From a virus: a stretch of 64,000 bases of DNA. Numbering within the stretch: the stretch's first letter is position 1; each line of letters begins with the position of its first letter. Made by a program: the position numbers and the translations under genes. Under the pieces are notes generated by a model. The model did no database searches. It saw nothing but the letters and a program-made list of their open reading frames with translations, and was not told where the DNA came from. Location: IMG/VR virus record IMGVR_UViG_3300048694_001252, positions 32,001 through 96,000 of that record; one strand, written 5' to 3'. Below are positions 10,116 through 19,710 of this stretch, one piece after another.

Positions 10116-11334
10116 CAGTGCCAAACAGGTAGTGGTCCGCTGGTTTGACCGCGGTACCAAGATCGCGCAGTTGATCACGAACTGGGGCATTGATCAGATC
10201 CGGATGCACCCACCAGTCTTCGTAGCTGTGCGTGAGATCAAAGGCTACATCTCCGGCCATGAGTTCGTAGCCCTGTTTCCTTAGATAATCGCGACTGCGA
10301 TCTCGCACACCGGGATCGGCATAGTAGTCATGCTCAAAGGTCACCACAGCAAATCGATAGCGGTCCCAAGGCATGCTCATCAAGATGCGGAGGCTGTTTT
10401 CGGGCGGCTCGCAGTCTATCTGTAGATAGCCTAGATCTCGGGGCGCGCCATACTGCGCTAGTAGGGCTGCATAGTCGGTACGGGTAGCATCCTGGCACAA
10501 TACTGTGTTACGCCGCTGACGACCAAAGTCTTCTACCTTGGCCTGGTTTATGTCCAGGCTGATACCACGCCAGCCAAAGCGCGTTTCTAGCAGAGCCGTG
10601 TTGTTGTGGTAAAAGGGTTCGGCGCTGCCCACTTCGAGATACCATTTTTCTCGTTGGCCTTGATTGGCTGCCAAAACAAATATGTCCTGCAGACTCTGAC
10701 TGTGGTTTTGTGAGAGGTCGTGTAGTCCCGAGAAAGCACAGCGTATGTGGTTGGCCTGACTGGGATCAAAGGGCAGATTCAGTCGCGGCCAACCGCACAC
10801 CTGGAGATTGCGATCGCAGGCGTTGCGATGTATGTCATCAAGTGGATGGCTATAGCGCAGCTCAAACATCATGCGTCGGCTCTGTTCACATTCACCCACC
10901 CACCAGGCACACACTGCCTGTTCAAACAACAAGCCCCAGCGTCCGGGATATTCCACATTGGTCAAAAGTGGTGCGTGATCCCAGCTGCAAATCTTGAGAG
11001 CCATGTTGCTCATGGTCCAACCCTCGTGCCATTGCTCCTGGCGTTCGTGTGCTCGAGCTAGTAGGAAGTAGGCCTCGGGTCGATCCATCATGAGATTGAT
11101 GGCCTTTTGCAACAGTACCTTTTGGGTGTCGTCGCGTGTTTTTTGCTTGCCAAAGCAGAGAGACATACGCAGCAAACTCTCGTATTGCAGCAAGATGTCC
11201 TGAGCTCGTTCGGCGGTGCGCAGATAAAAGCTGATGGCAGCACCAGTCTGGCCCAGGAGTTCATACTCCAGACCCAGATGAAAGTTGCAGCCAGCATCTT
11301 CGGGGTTATTGACGTAGTCTAAGAGATGTTTCAT
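10105..11334 (-). CDS. TPR protein fused to an FkbM/Methyltransf_21-like domain
   Basis: N-terminal TPR helices (RPEAYFLLAR); C-terminal SQSLQDIFVL, YLEVGSAEP..NNT.LLE..GWRG, YLQIDCEP, TFEHD, EDWWV. Confidence 0.75.
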   Translation of the reverse strand: MKHLLDYVNNPEDAGCNFHLGLEYELLGQTGAAISFYLRTAERAQDILLQYESLLRMSLCFGKQKTRDDTQKVLLQKAINLMMDRPEAYFLLARAHERQEQWHEGWTMSNMALKICSWDHAPLLTNVEYPGRWGLLFEQAVCAWWVGECEQSRRMMFELRYSHPLDDIHRNACDRNLQVCGWPRLNLPFDPSQANHIRCAFSGLHDLSQNHSQSLQDIFVLAANQGQREKWYLEVGSAEPFYHNNTALLETRFGWRGISLDINQAKVEDFGRQRRNTVLCQDATRTDYAALLAQYGAPRDLGYLQIDCEPPENSLRILMSMPWDRYRFAVVTFEHDYYADPGVRDRSRDYLRKQGYELMAGDVAFDLTHSYEDWWVHPDLINAPVRDQLRDLGTAVKPADHYLFGTVKS

Positions 11335-13916
11335 CGTGGATAAAATCGCATGGGTTGTGGTGCGGGATGCGCACCATTTTCGCAGCTGGTACAGATATCA
11401 TAGCAGGTATTGGCCTGAGGTATGACTTGTTCGTAGCTGTGACTGTCTAGGTTGCCGATGATATTGTCCAGGCCATAATCCATGCAGCATAGACTAACAT
11501 CACCATTGGGCATCAGTACGTTGTGATAGAGATTTTCTACACACCCGCAGGTACGCGGACCATCGGTGTGCTTGATGCGGTTCCAACGATGCTTGATATC
11601 CATGAGCTCGGGCTTTAGTATGGCCTCACGGCTGAGATTGCCGGCTCTGTCCCACATCTGTCCCACCACAAAGGTCTGATCAAAACAATGGGCCACTGCA
11701 GGATGAACCTCACGGCCCATGCTCATGACCTTGAAGTTGGTGATGCGCTGATGATTGTCTCGGATCCATTCGCATAGTTTGATATATCGGGGTGTGATGG
11801 GATGTTTGGCCAAGAGTTCGCTGTCGGGCAAATGAAAGGTAAAACCACCATTGGGTTCGCCCACAAATGGTATATGGGCTATGCGTTCCATATCCTCGAT
11901 GCTCATGCCTATACCCGTGGTAAACACGCTGATGGGATGACCTTGCTCATGGGCATACAACACCATGTCTGAGCAGTGTCGGTTCAACCAAGGTTCTACA
12001 AAACCCGAAAATGTGATACGCACGTCTTGGGGTATTTTGTCGACCCATCGCTGGAAATCTTCCAGCTGCATGATCCGGTTGCCCTTGTAACTTTCTACCA
12101 ACAGCCGCTGGGGACAGAACACACAATCTACCGTGCATCCGCCCTGGGGCACCGAAGTGGTCACCTCCATGGTGGGAGCCGGGTGATGTTGCCAGGGTTT
12201 CTTTTGTTCCAGGGGCACACGGTTGTCGATCCACACATTGATAGCGGAATAGAATTCAATAAACCAGTCCGACCATAGATTGGGTTTGATATCCACGTAG
12301 TCCAGGCTTTCTATGCGATGCGAAGTCATTTGCCTGAGATAGGTATCACGGAAACGTCGGAATTTTTGTTTCAGTTCAGGAGTGTTGAGATGGAATTCAC
12401 CGGCGATCTTGCGCACATTGCGATTTATCCACTCAAAATTGGCATCATTGAAGATCTCGTACTCACCACCTTCGCAGTCGGTCTTGACGAAGTCTATGTG
12501 ATCCAGATCATACTGGGCCAAAATGGCCGGGAAGGCTATGGTATCCACGGGTTTGGCATCAGATCCATCGCTGATATCTACTCGAGCCGGGTCAAATAGT
12601 CCTGCTATCATGTTGGTGCCGGTGGTAGCGGCCATGGCACGATTGATCAGCGTGGCTGAAATATCCAGACGCTTGGCATTCTTCTCCAGGGTACGGAACA
12701 GATTGGACTCGGGTTCAAGACACAGGATACGTTTTATATTTTTGTTGGCCAGGCTCCATAGGAAAGGACCCGAACTGGCTCCCACATCCAGCACAGTATC
12801 ACCGGGTTCAACCGGGAAAAATTTCTGATATACGTCATGGTTGAAGATTTCATCATAGACTTGTTCCATGAACCAAGGATTGGCCTGGATGGCTCCCCAG
12901 TTGAATCCGCGAGTGTTGAGATTTTTGCCCCAGATCAAATCGTCCAACAATGTTCGTGGCATGCGTAGCACAAAAGCCGCATTGTCTTGATAACCAAAGC
13001 TGAGAGCCAGATCATCGCCCAACCAGGCAGCGCCGCAACAGAATTCGATGTCGGCGTTCATGAACGAAAAACTCGGCGTCACGCGGATCATTTCCCAGTC
13101 ACGGTTCCAGACTATGAACCTATGTCGATACACCGCATCTTTTTGACCGTGCTCGCTCTTGAATAGATCTACTTCATGGGTCAGGGCCAGATAAAATTCT
13201 CCGTAGGGTATGACTTGGCTACTGCCCCTGGGATCTGGCAAATTTGGGATGCGCGATCGCTCATCTATGAATATGGTCTTGGTCTCTTTGGTCAGGGGAT
13301 CATATCTGACCACTTCAGTGGGATTGGTCCATTTGACATAGGTGTAGGGTTGATCCAGCACCGGCATCCAGTTCTTTTCGCAATAGCTGGTGTCAGTGCC
13401 CGGGGCCGGCATGCGTTGGCGACTGATTTCCCGTAGATCTTGGATTTCGCTGAGCTCCATGCGTCCTTGTCCGTTGACCGTGGTGTCCCGGCGCACACCA
13501 GTATAGTACAGGCGTCCACACCAGCGTACCACACGCGCATCTTCTAGTCCAACAAATTCCCAGATAGGCTCCACATCCAGGGCCGAAGTGTCTATCTGAT
13601 CCACGGTCTCGATGTTGAGATTTGGGTCTAGCACGGCCAGATAATTCCAGGTGCGCAGATGGCGATCATTTTCGGGATGCAGATACTGCAAGGGCCCGTA
13701 GCGATGCTGGAATTTTTTGTTTTCGCTGTGGTACAGCGTATAGTTCACATGCCGAATATTGCATAATATGCGATCCCCGTCCACATAGATCGATGGGTTC
13801 ATGAGACCGGTACCATTGGTTTTTTCTGCTGGTATGATCAGGGGATGCAGGGAACCGCCCCGGGACAATGCTACTGATACTAGACCATTTTTCTCTACTG
13901 CTTGGGCATCATTCAT
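11331..13916 (-). CDS. Three-domain protein: beta-propeller glycosidase/phosphorylase-like + FkbM methyltransferase + radical SAM/SPASM
   Basis: NPSI, GLEDAR and EKNWMP motifs; LDVGASSG and KTDCEGGE; CTVDCVFC plus a Cys-rich C-terminus (CGC, LCC, ICTSC). Confidence 0.75.
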   Translation of the reverse strand: MNDAQAVEKNGLVSVALSRGGSLHPLIIPAEKTNGTGLMNPSIYVDGDRILCNIRHVNYTLYHSENKKFQHRYGPLQYLHPENDRHLRTWNYLAVLDPNLNIETVDQIDTSALDVEPIWEFVGLEDARVVRWCGRLYYTGVRRDTTVNGQGRMELSEIQDLREISRQRMPAPGTDTSYCEKNWMPVLDQPYTYVKWTNPTEVVRYDPLTKETKTIFIDERSRIPNLPDPRGSSQVIPYGEFYLALTHEVDLFKSEHGQKDAVYRHRFIVWNRDWEMIRVTPSFSFMNADIEFCCGAAWLGDDLALSFGYQDNAAFVLRMPRTLLDDLIWGKNLNTRGFNWGAIQANPWFMEQVYDEIFNHDVYQKFFPVEPGDTVLDVGASSGPFLWSLANKNIKRILCLEPESNLFRTLEKNAKRLDISATLINRAMAATTGTNMIAGLFDPARVDISDGSDAKPVDTIAFPAILAQYDLDHIDFVKTDCEGGEYEIFNDANFEWINRNVRKIAGEFHLNTPELKQKFRRFRDTYLRQMTSHRIESLDYVDIKPNLWSDWFIEFYSAINVWIDNRVPLEQKKPWQHHPAPTMEVTTSVPQGGCTVDCVFCPQRLLVESYKGNRIMQLEDFQRWVDKIPQDVRITFSGFVEPWLNRHCSDMVLYAHEQGHPISVFTTGIGMSIEDMERIAHIPFVGEPNGGFTFHLPDSELLAKHPITPRYIKLCEWIRDNHQRITNFKVMSMGREVHPAVAHCFDQTFVVGQMWDRAGNLSREAILKPELMDIKHRWNRIKHTDGPRTCGCVENLYHNVLMPNGDVSLCCMDYGLDNIIGNLDSHSYEQVIPQANTCYDICTSCENGAHPAPQPMRFYPR

Positions 13917-13979
13917 ATGTTTAGTTATAATGCCAAGCGTGGATGCCTATAATTTCCGTCTAGATTAGATATTTTGAGT

Positions 13980-16900
13980 TTATAATCTTCCTACAACAAT
14001 CTCGATCATTCCGCTAGTGCCGGCAAAATCTTCGAGCGCTTTGCCAATCACAGTGCCCATGGCCGGTTGACTACAGGCTGTGGCTGTGCCATCACCATGA
14101 CTGATCATCATATCACCTTTTCTTACTTGACCTGTGACCGATGTTGGTACTCGACCAGTCAATGCAACCGCAGTGGCATAGGGGTCTGACATCACGGAAT
14201 TCATGACATAGCTGGGATTGGTTGAAACTACCCCAGCCACGCGATTATCACTGTATACGTCACTCATGGTAACTTCTTTGTTGCCACCAAAACTCAAAAC
14301 CGTTCCAGGCAAATACTCTTGATCGGCCGCATAAATCTCGGCCAAGTCAGCGTATTGAGCCGAAGTGGCTTTGGCAAATACAGTATTGAAATACCCGGTG
14401 GCATTACCGATGTTGCCCACACCATTGGCTTGACCGTTGGTTATGTCCGTGTTGACCTGGATCGTACCCGTGCCCGTGGGTGTAAGGAATACCCAGGCAT
14501 TGGCCGCAGTACTGGTTATGGTGACATTACCGGTGCCATTGAGAGCAGCCGATATAACATTACCACCCGTGATGTTACCGGTCACTGATACTGTGGTACC
14601 TGTATGTGTGGTCGCATTGACGTTGGCACCACCCAAGACGTTACCACCCGTGATATTACCAGCCACGCTCAATGCTGATCCACCGGTATTGGCTATGGCC
14701 ACTGTGGTGGCTGTGTTGAATGTCACTGTGCCAGCTGCTGTTGTAGCTGTGACTGGTCCTATGGCTATAGTGGTAGTTGATCCTGCCAGTCCACCCACAC
14801 CAACGTTGATGGTTTTGGTATTACCAGTTCCCGTTGCACCAGTAGATATATTGGCTGTCTGGCTGGCCGTGCTCTGACCAATAGTGATAAAACCGGTCTG
14901 ACTAGTACCTCCCAATGTAATACTACCTGTGGTTTGGCTGGTACCTATGTTGATAGACAAGTTAGTAGCTGAGAAGGTAACTGCACCAGCAGCGGTTACG
15001 GCACCACTGACGCTGATGCTGGCACCACTGATGGCCGCCACAGATATGACGTTACCACCTGTGACGTTACCAGTAATGTTGAGTGCAGATACCACGTTAC
15101 CGGTCAAACTCAAACCAGCAGCATTGAGGTTACCACCCGTGATGTTACCGGTACCCGAAACGATACCTGAGCCAAACAGAACGTTGCCACCTGTGATGTT
15201 GGCTGTTACTGATACTGTGGTACCTGTGTGTGTGGTCGCATTGACGTTGGCACCACCCAAGACGTTGCCACCCGTGATGTTACCAGTACCCGAAACGATA
15301 CCTGAGCCAAATAGAACGTTACCGCCGGTGATGTTACCAGTGCCCGAAACTATACCTGAGCCAAATAGAACGTTACCACCTGTGATGTTACCAGTGGCCG
15401 ATATGAGACCCGCAGTGGTCACATTACCGCCTATGACGTTGGCCACTGCACTGACTGTGCCCGCGGTTATGACACCGTACGAGGCCGCAGCCGTTGTAGT
15501 AAACGGCGTCATGGGGTTCCAATAAAGGTTAGTAGTCGGCGTTGTTACGAAGTTATTGGTACTGGAATCTTTGATATAGTTTACTGACGTGGCCGCGGAC
15601 AGCAACAATTGAGTGTTGGCTATAGCCGTCAATGGTGCGGTGGACGGGGTAAACGCAGCGGTATAGACCGCGGTGCCTTTGACCGCTCTAAGATTTGTTA
15701 CATATCCTACTAATTTTCCACCAAACGTATCACCATAGGCTCCCAATGCGGGTCGTCCACTGGGGCATGTGTAACTGTTAGAATCTGTATAAGTCGAACC
15801 CGACTGCGCACCATTGATCCAAAGTTTGGTGCTGCCCGATTGTCGACTAACAGCCACATGTGTCCAAGCATTGGTAGTCACAGCGCCACCAGTTATAGCA
15901 GTGGTCGCTCCAAATTGGAAAGTCCATGATCCCGTCTGACCATTGACCACGGGTGAGACGTCAGCTGTGGAGGTCCTTTGGTCATAGACCACACCGGCTG
16001 TGAGCACGTAGACCCAAAATTCTATAGTAAAATCACCGGTACCAAAGGCCAATGCTGTGGTTCCGGCAGCCACGGTGGCATAGTCCCCGCCACTGAAATA
16101 CAGACTACCGCCAATGCCGGAACCTACCAATATGTTACCAGCCAGCACATTGCCGGCTATGCTGAGTGCGGCTTGCCCAGTGTTGGCCAAAATCGTAGTG
16201 GTACCATCATTGATAGCGAAAGTGGCGTTACCAGTTACTGGACCCAATGACATGGTAGTGAGCGAATTTGCTGCTCCGGCTGTGCCAATATTGATATTTT
16301 TGAATCGGGCGGAAGCTGTGACTCCAGAAAACAAGTTACCGGTCTGATTGGCCGTGCTCTGACCAATTAGAATCAAACCAGTTCCCGATGTGCCACCCAC
16401 AGTGAACGTACCTGTGGTTTGGCTGGTACCTATGTTGATGGTACCGGTAGTGGTTGTAAATCCTACGTTACCACCAGCACTGATATCTGTGGTCGCTATG
16501 ATATTACCACCCGTGATGTTGCCGGCCGCGCTCAGTGCTGATCCACCGGTATTGGCTATGGCCACTGTGGTGGCTGTGTTGAATGTCACCGTAGCCGCAG
16601 CAGTGGTGGCTGTGACTGGTCCAATAGCGATGGTAGTAGTAGATCCTGCCAGTCCACCCACACCAATATTGATGGCCTTGGTGGTGGCTGTAGCTGTGGC
16701 ACCAGTGGCTATATTACAGGTCTGGGCACCTGTGCTTTGACCGATCAAGAGTAGTCCTGTTTGCGCCGTGCCGCCCAGTGTCAAAGTACCTGTGGTTTGA
16801 CTGGTACCTATGTTGATGGCACCGGTGGTAGTTGAGTAGGTCACTGCACCTGCACCGGTTGTGGCACCACTGACGCTGATGCTGGCACCGCTGATGGCCG

Positions 16901-17399
16901 CCACAGATATGACATTGCCACCAGTGACGTTGCTGGTAACGTTGAGAGCAGATAATACGTTACCGGTCAAACTCAAACCAGCAGCATTGACGTTGCCAGC
17001 CGTGACGTTGCCTGTGGCTGACATAAGACCCACAGTTGTAACGTTACCTGCGATTACGTTGCCCGACGAAGAAACTGTGACACCTTGCACCAGGGTAGTA
17101 GCGATTATGTTGCCACCCGTGACATTACCAGTGGCCGATATGAGACCCGCGGTGGTCACATTACCACCTATGACGTTGCTGGTAGCTGATACAACGCCTG
17201 CTGTGTTGATGTTGCTGCCTGTGACGTTGCCTACCGCGCTTATGGTATTAGCAAAGTTGGCATTTTGGGTATTGGTCAGCGTGAGGGCCGTGGTACCACC
17301 AGTGCCAGTATCATTGGTTTTGATTACCAAATTGCCCGTGGTATCGCCCAATTGTATAAATGAAGTAGTTGACAGTGTGCCTACGCTGATATTGCTCAT
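13980..17399 (-). CDS. Tail fibre/spike protein with G-N-V-T repeats, LamG/ConA-like domain and C-terminal intramolecular chaperone-like domain
   Basis: GDFTIEFW...WTHVAVSR...KLWING; C-terminal AQYADLAEIY...PGTVL...VALTGRVP...IGKALE. Confidence 0.75.
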   Translation of the reverse strand: MSNISVGTLSTTSFIQLGDTTGNLVIKTNDTGTGGTTALTLTNTQNANFANTISAVGNVTGSNINTAGVVSATSNVIGGNVTTAGLISATGNVTGGNIIATTLVQGVTVSSSGNVIAGNVTTVGLMSATGNVTAGNVNAAGLSLTGNVLSALNVTSNVTGGNVISVAAISGASISVSGATTGAGAVTYSTTTGAINIGTSQTTGTLTLGGTAQTGLLLIGQSTGAQTCNIATGATATATTKAINIGVGGLAGSTTTIAIGPVTATTAAATVTFNTATTVAIANTGGSALSAAGNITGGNIIATTDISAGGNVGFTTTTGTINIGTSQTTGTFTVGGTSGTGLILIGQSTANQTGNLFSGVTASARFKNINIGTAGAANSLTTMSLGPVTGNATFAINDGTTTILANTGQAALSIAGNVLAGNILVGSGIGGSLYFSGGDYATVAAGTTALAFGTGDFTIEFWVYVLTAGVVYDQRTSTADVSPVVNGQTGSWTFQFGATTAITGGAVTTNAWTHVAVSRQSGSTKLWINGAQSGSTYTDSNSYTCPSGRPALGAYGDTFGGKLVGYVTNLRAVKGTAVYTAAFTPSTAPLTAIANTQLLLSAATSVNYIKDSSTNNFVTTPTTNLYWNPMTPFTTTAAASYGVITAGTVSAVANVIGGNVTTAGLISATGNITGGNVLFGSGIVSGTGNITGGNVLFGSGIVSGTGNITGGNVLGGANVNATTHTGTTVSVTANITGGNVLFGSGIVSGTGNITGGNLNAAGLSLTGNVVSALNITGNVTGGNVISVAAISGASISVSGAVTAAGAVTFSATNLSINIGTSQTTGSITLGGTSQTGFITIGQSTASQTANISTGATGTGNTKTINVGVGGLAGSTTTIAIGPVTATTAAGTVTFNTATTVAIANTGGSALSVAGNITGGNVLGGANVNATTHTGTTVSVTGNITGGNVISAALNGTGNVTITSTAANAWVFLTPTGTGTIQVNTDITNGQANGVGNIGNATGYFNTVFAKATSAQYADLAEIYAADQEYLPGTVLSFGGNKEVTMSDVYSDNRVAGVVSTNPSYVMNSVMSDPYATAVALTGRVPTSVTGQVRKGDMMISHGDGTATACSQPAMGTVIGKALEDFAGTSGMIEIVVGRL

Positions 17400-17441
17400 C
17401 TGTGTGCCTTTATATTACTTATCTGGGTCGCGATCATATGG

Positions 17442-18206
17442 TTAGGCCCAAGTTCCCACGCTGATATTTGCCCCAGCAGCCCCCAGCGGCGTGAGACAAA
17501 ACCACGATCCTTTTAGCACCGAGGATGTTACCCCAGGGGCCACAGAGTACTGCATCTGGGGTATGAAAGTGCCGCCGGCGTTGATACTCACTGTACCATG
17601 TATGGTCATCGAACTAGCTTCACTGGATCCCGATCCCGCTGCTGCGGTCATACTGGCAGTGTTTATTATGGTTTGTACCGGACTAATATCTACTAGATTG
17701 ATTGTGCTAGCCGACGTGTTGATCAAATAGGGAAAATCATATAAAATGTAGTTTATCGTGGCAGTACCACCAAAACCCAAATTGATAGCCATGGAGGCTA
17801 TGCCGGCTGTTGCCAAAATGACCAGCTGCGCCTGTATCTCATATACGGTATTTGCGCTCAACGTAATTCCAGCATTGAAGATGCTTTGTATAGACGTATC
17901 ATTGGACAGAGCTCGATTGGAGTTCAAATAATACACCAAATTACTGGGCATGATGCCCCGTTGTGTACCTTGTGGTGTCACATAAGGTATCCGGCCGTCA
18001 TATTCCCAACTGCCCGCAGCGGCAGTGGTAAGATTGCTGCCGGAACTGAAAGTCAACGGAGCTTGGCTATTGGTACCGGCTGCCAACACAGTATTGGCAA
18101 TCAATGTGCCGCTGACCGATGGCAATGTGATGTTACCGCTGCCTGAAGCTGCTGGCGTTATGGTAATAGATCCACTGGTGTCACCGGAAAGAATTATATT
18201 GCTCAT
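17442..18206 (-). CDS. Small fibre-associated protein, paralog 3 of 3
   Basis: Similar to the next two ORFs; start placed at the ATGA overlap. Confidence 0.65.
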   Translation of the reverse strand: MSNIILSGDTSGSITITPAASGSGNITLPSVSGTLIANTVLAAGTNSQAPLTFSSGSNLTTAAAGSWEYDGRIPYVTPQGTQRGIMPSNLVYYLNSNRALSNDTSIQSIFNAGITLSANTVYEIQAQLVILATAGIASMAINLGFGGTATINYILYDFPYLINTSASTINLVDISPVQTIINTASMTAAAGSGSSEASSMTIHGTVSINAGGTFIPQMQYSVAPGVTSSVLKGSWFCLTPLGAAGANISVGTWA

Positions 18207-18961
18207 ACCCAAGGTCCCACACTGACATTGCCTGTGGTTCCCACTGGTGTGAATTTGATAAAAGAACCGATATTCACAGTATAGGTGCCGCCTGGCGCGC
18301 GATTGGCATTGTAATTGGGGATAAAAGTACCACCGGCATTGGTAGTCACTGATCCGCGTAGCATTACAGGAGCATTGACCGAGGTGGTTATGGCTGTGGT
18401 CACATTGGCAGTCGTGGATACATTAGCACTGGCCTGTGTCAGGTTACCATTATCAAATGCCGCACCAGAGGCGCTGTACATGACACCGGCCTGATAAATG
18501 ATATTATTCAATGTGGCTGTACCAGTAAAAGAAAACTGTATGACATGTGATGTAGTACCACCCGCTCTGCTCAAATAAATCAATGCATCCATCATGTAAC
18601 TGGTATTGGCACTCAGCGTGACTCCCACACCAAATATAGATCTTACCGTGGCGTCATTGCCTCCAGCGATGCCACTATTGAGCCAATATAGTTGGGCAGT
18701 GGGCAATACTCCGCGTTCACTGGCCTGCCCGGTATTATAAAACACTGTACCGTCATACTCCAGGCTGCCGGCTGTGGCAGTGGTTAGATTGGATCCGCTG
18801 GTAAATTTTAGAGGTGCTGTGGTGGTGTTGCCTGCTGTGAGCGAGGTAGTCAAGATATTGGCAGTACCTGTGGGCAACGTGAGTATCGCTGTGCCAGCTA
18901 TGGCTTGTGGACTCAGCACAACATTACCGCCAACACTGTCTGATATGGTCAGTTTACTCAT
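18203..18961 (-). CDS. Small fibre-associated protein, paralog 2 of 3
   Basis: APL.F.SG.NLTTA.AGS.EYDG and NAGGTFIP are shared with its neighbours. Confidence 0.65.
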   Translation of the reverse strand: MSKLTISDSVGGNVVLSPQAIAGTAILTLPTGTANILTTSLTAGNTTTAPLKFTSGSNLTTATAGSLEYDGTVFYNTGQASERGVLPTAQLYWLNSGIAGGNDATVRSIFGVGVTLSANTSYMMDALIYLSRAGGTTSHVIQFSFTGTATLNNIIYQAGVMYSASGAAFDNGNLTQASANVSTTANVTTAITTSVNAPVMLRGSVTTNAGGTFIPNYNANRAPGGTYTVNIGSFIKFTPVGTTGNVSVGPWV

Positions 18962-19710
18962 GCCCAAGACCCAATTGAGATGTTGGAACCACTGGCCCCT
19001 ATGGGATATATGCTGAAGAAACTACCCGCTTGCAAAGTATAAAATGCTGTGGGCGTATTTTGTGATTGTTGTGGTATAAACGTACCCCCGGCGTTGACAC
19101 TCACTGTCCCACGCAACCACAACGTCACAGTTTGGAAATTAGCTGATGCCATCAGAGCAGTCATGGCCGTGGTCGTTGAAAAAGCTGCGCTGGATGAACT
19201 ATCAACCAAAGGTATAGTTGAGGATGAATGTATACATTCAGCACAGTATAAAATATTATTCACCGTGGCTGTACCACCAAACCCAAAACTCACAATGTTG
19301 GCTGCACTGGCAGATCGAGAAAATACCATCTCGGCTTCCATGACATACACCGTGCCCGACGACAGTGTCACACCTACACCAAACACGCTATTGGTACCGG
19401 ACCCTACAGGATATGACCGGTTTGAATTGATACAAAAATACTGCATGCCCGGGATGATCCCCCTAAGAGCTCCGCTGGGAGTACCATAAAAACCTTGACC
19501 ATCGTATTCAATAGATCCAGCAGTGGCCGTGGTCAAGAGGTTACCTGAAGCAAAACTAAGTGGGGCGGCAGAGACATTGCCGGGATTGAGTACATTGCTG
19601 AGCAATGTGACATTGCCACTGGGCAATGTCAGTGTACCGGCTCCGGCCGCAGCTGGTGCTTGCAATGTGACCGATCCACTGGTATCTCCGGCTATGGTTA
19701 CTGCGCTCAC
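18958..19710 (-). CDS. Small fibre-associated protein, paralog 1 of 3
   Basis: Same motifs; a GTG start overlaps the upstream TGA. Confidence 0.65.
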   Translation of the reverse strand: MSAVTIAGDTSGSVTLQAPAAAGAGTLTLPSGNVTLLSNVLNPGNVSAAPLSFASGNLLTTATAGSIEYDGQGFYGTPSGALRGIIPGMQYFCINSNRSYPVGSGTNSVFGVGVTLSSGTVYVMEAEMVFSRSASAANIVSFGFGGTATVNNILYCAECIHSSSTIPLVDSSSSAAFSTTTAMTALMASANFQTVTLWLRGTVSVNAGGTFIPQQSQNTPTAFYTLQAGSFFSIYPIGASGSNISIGSWA

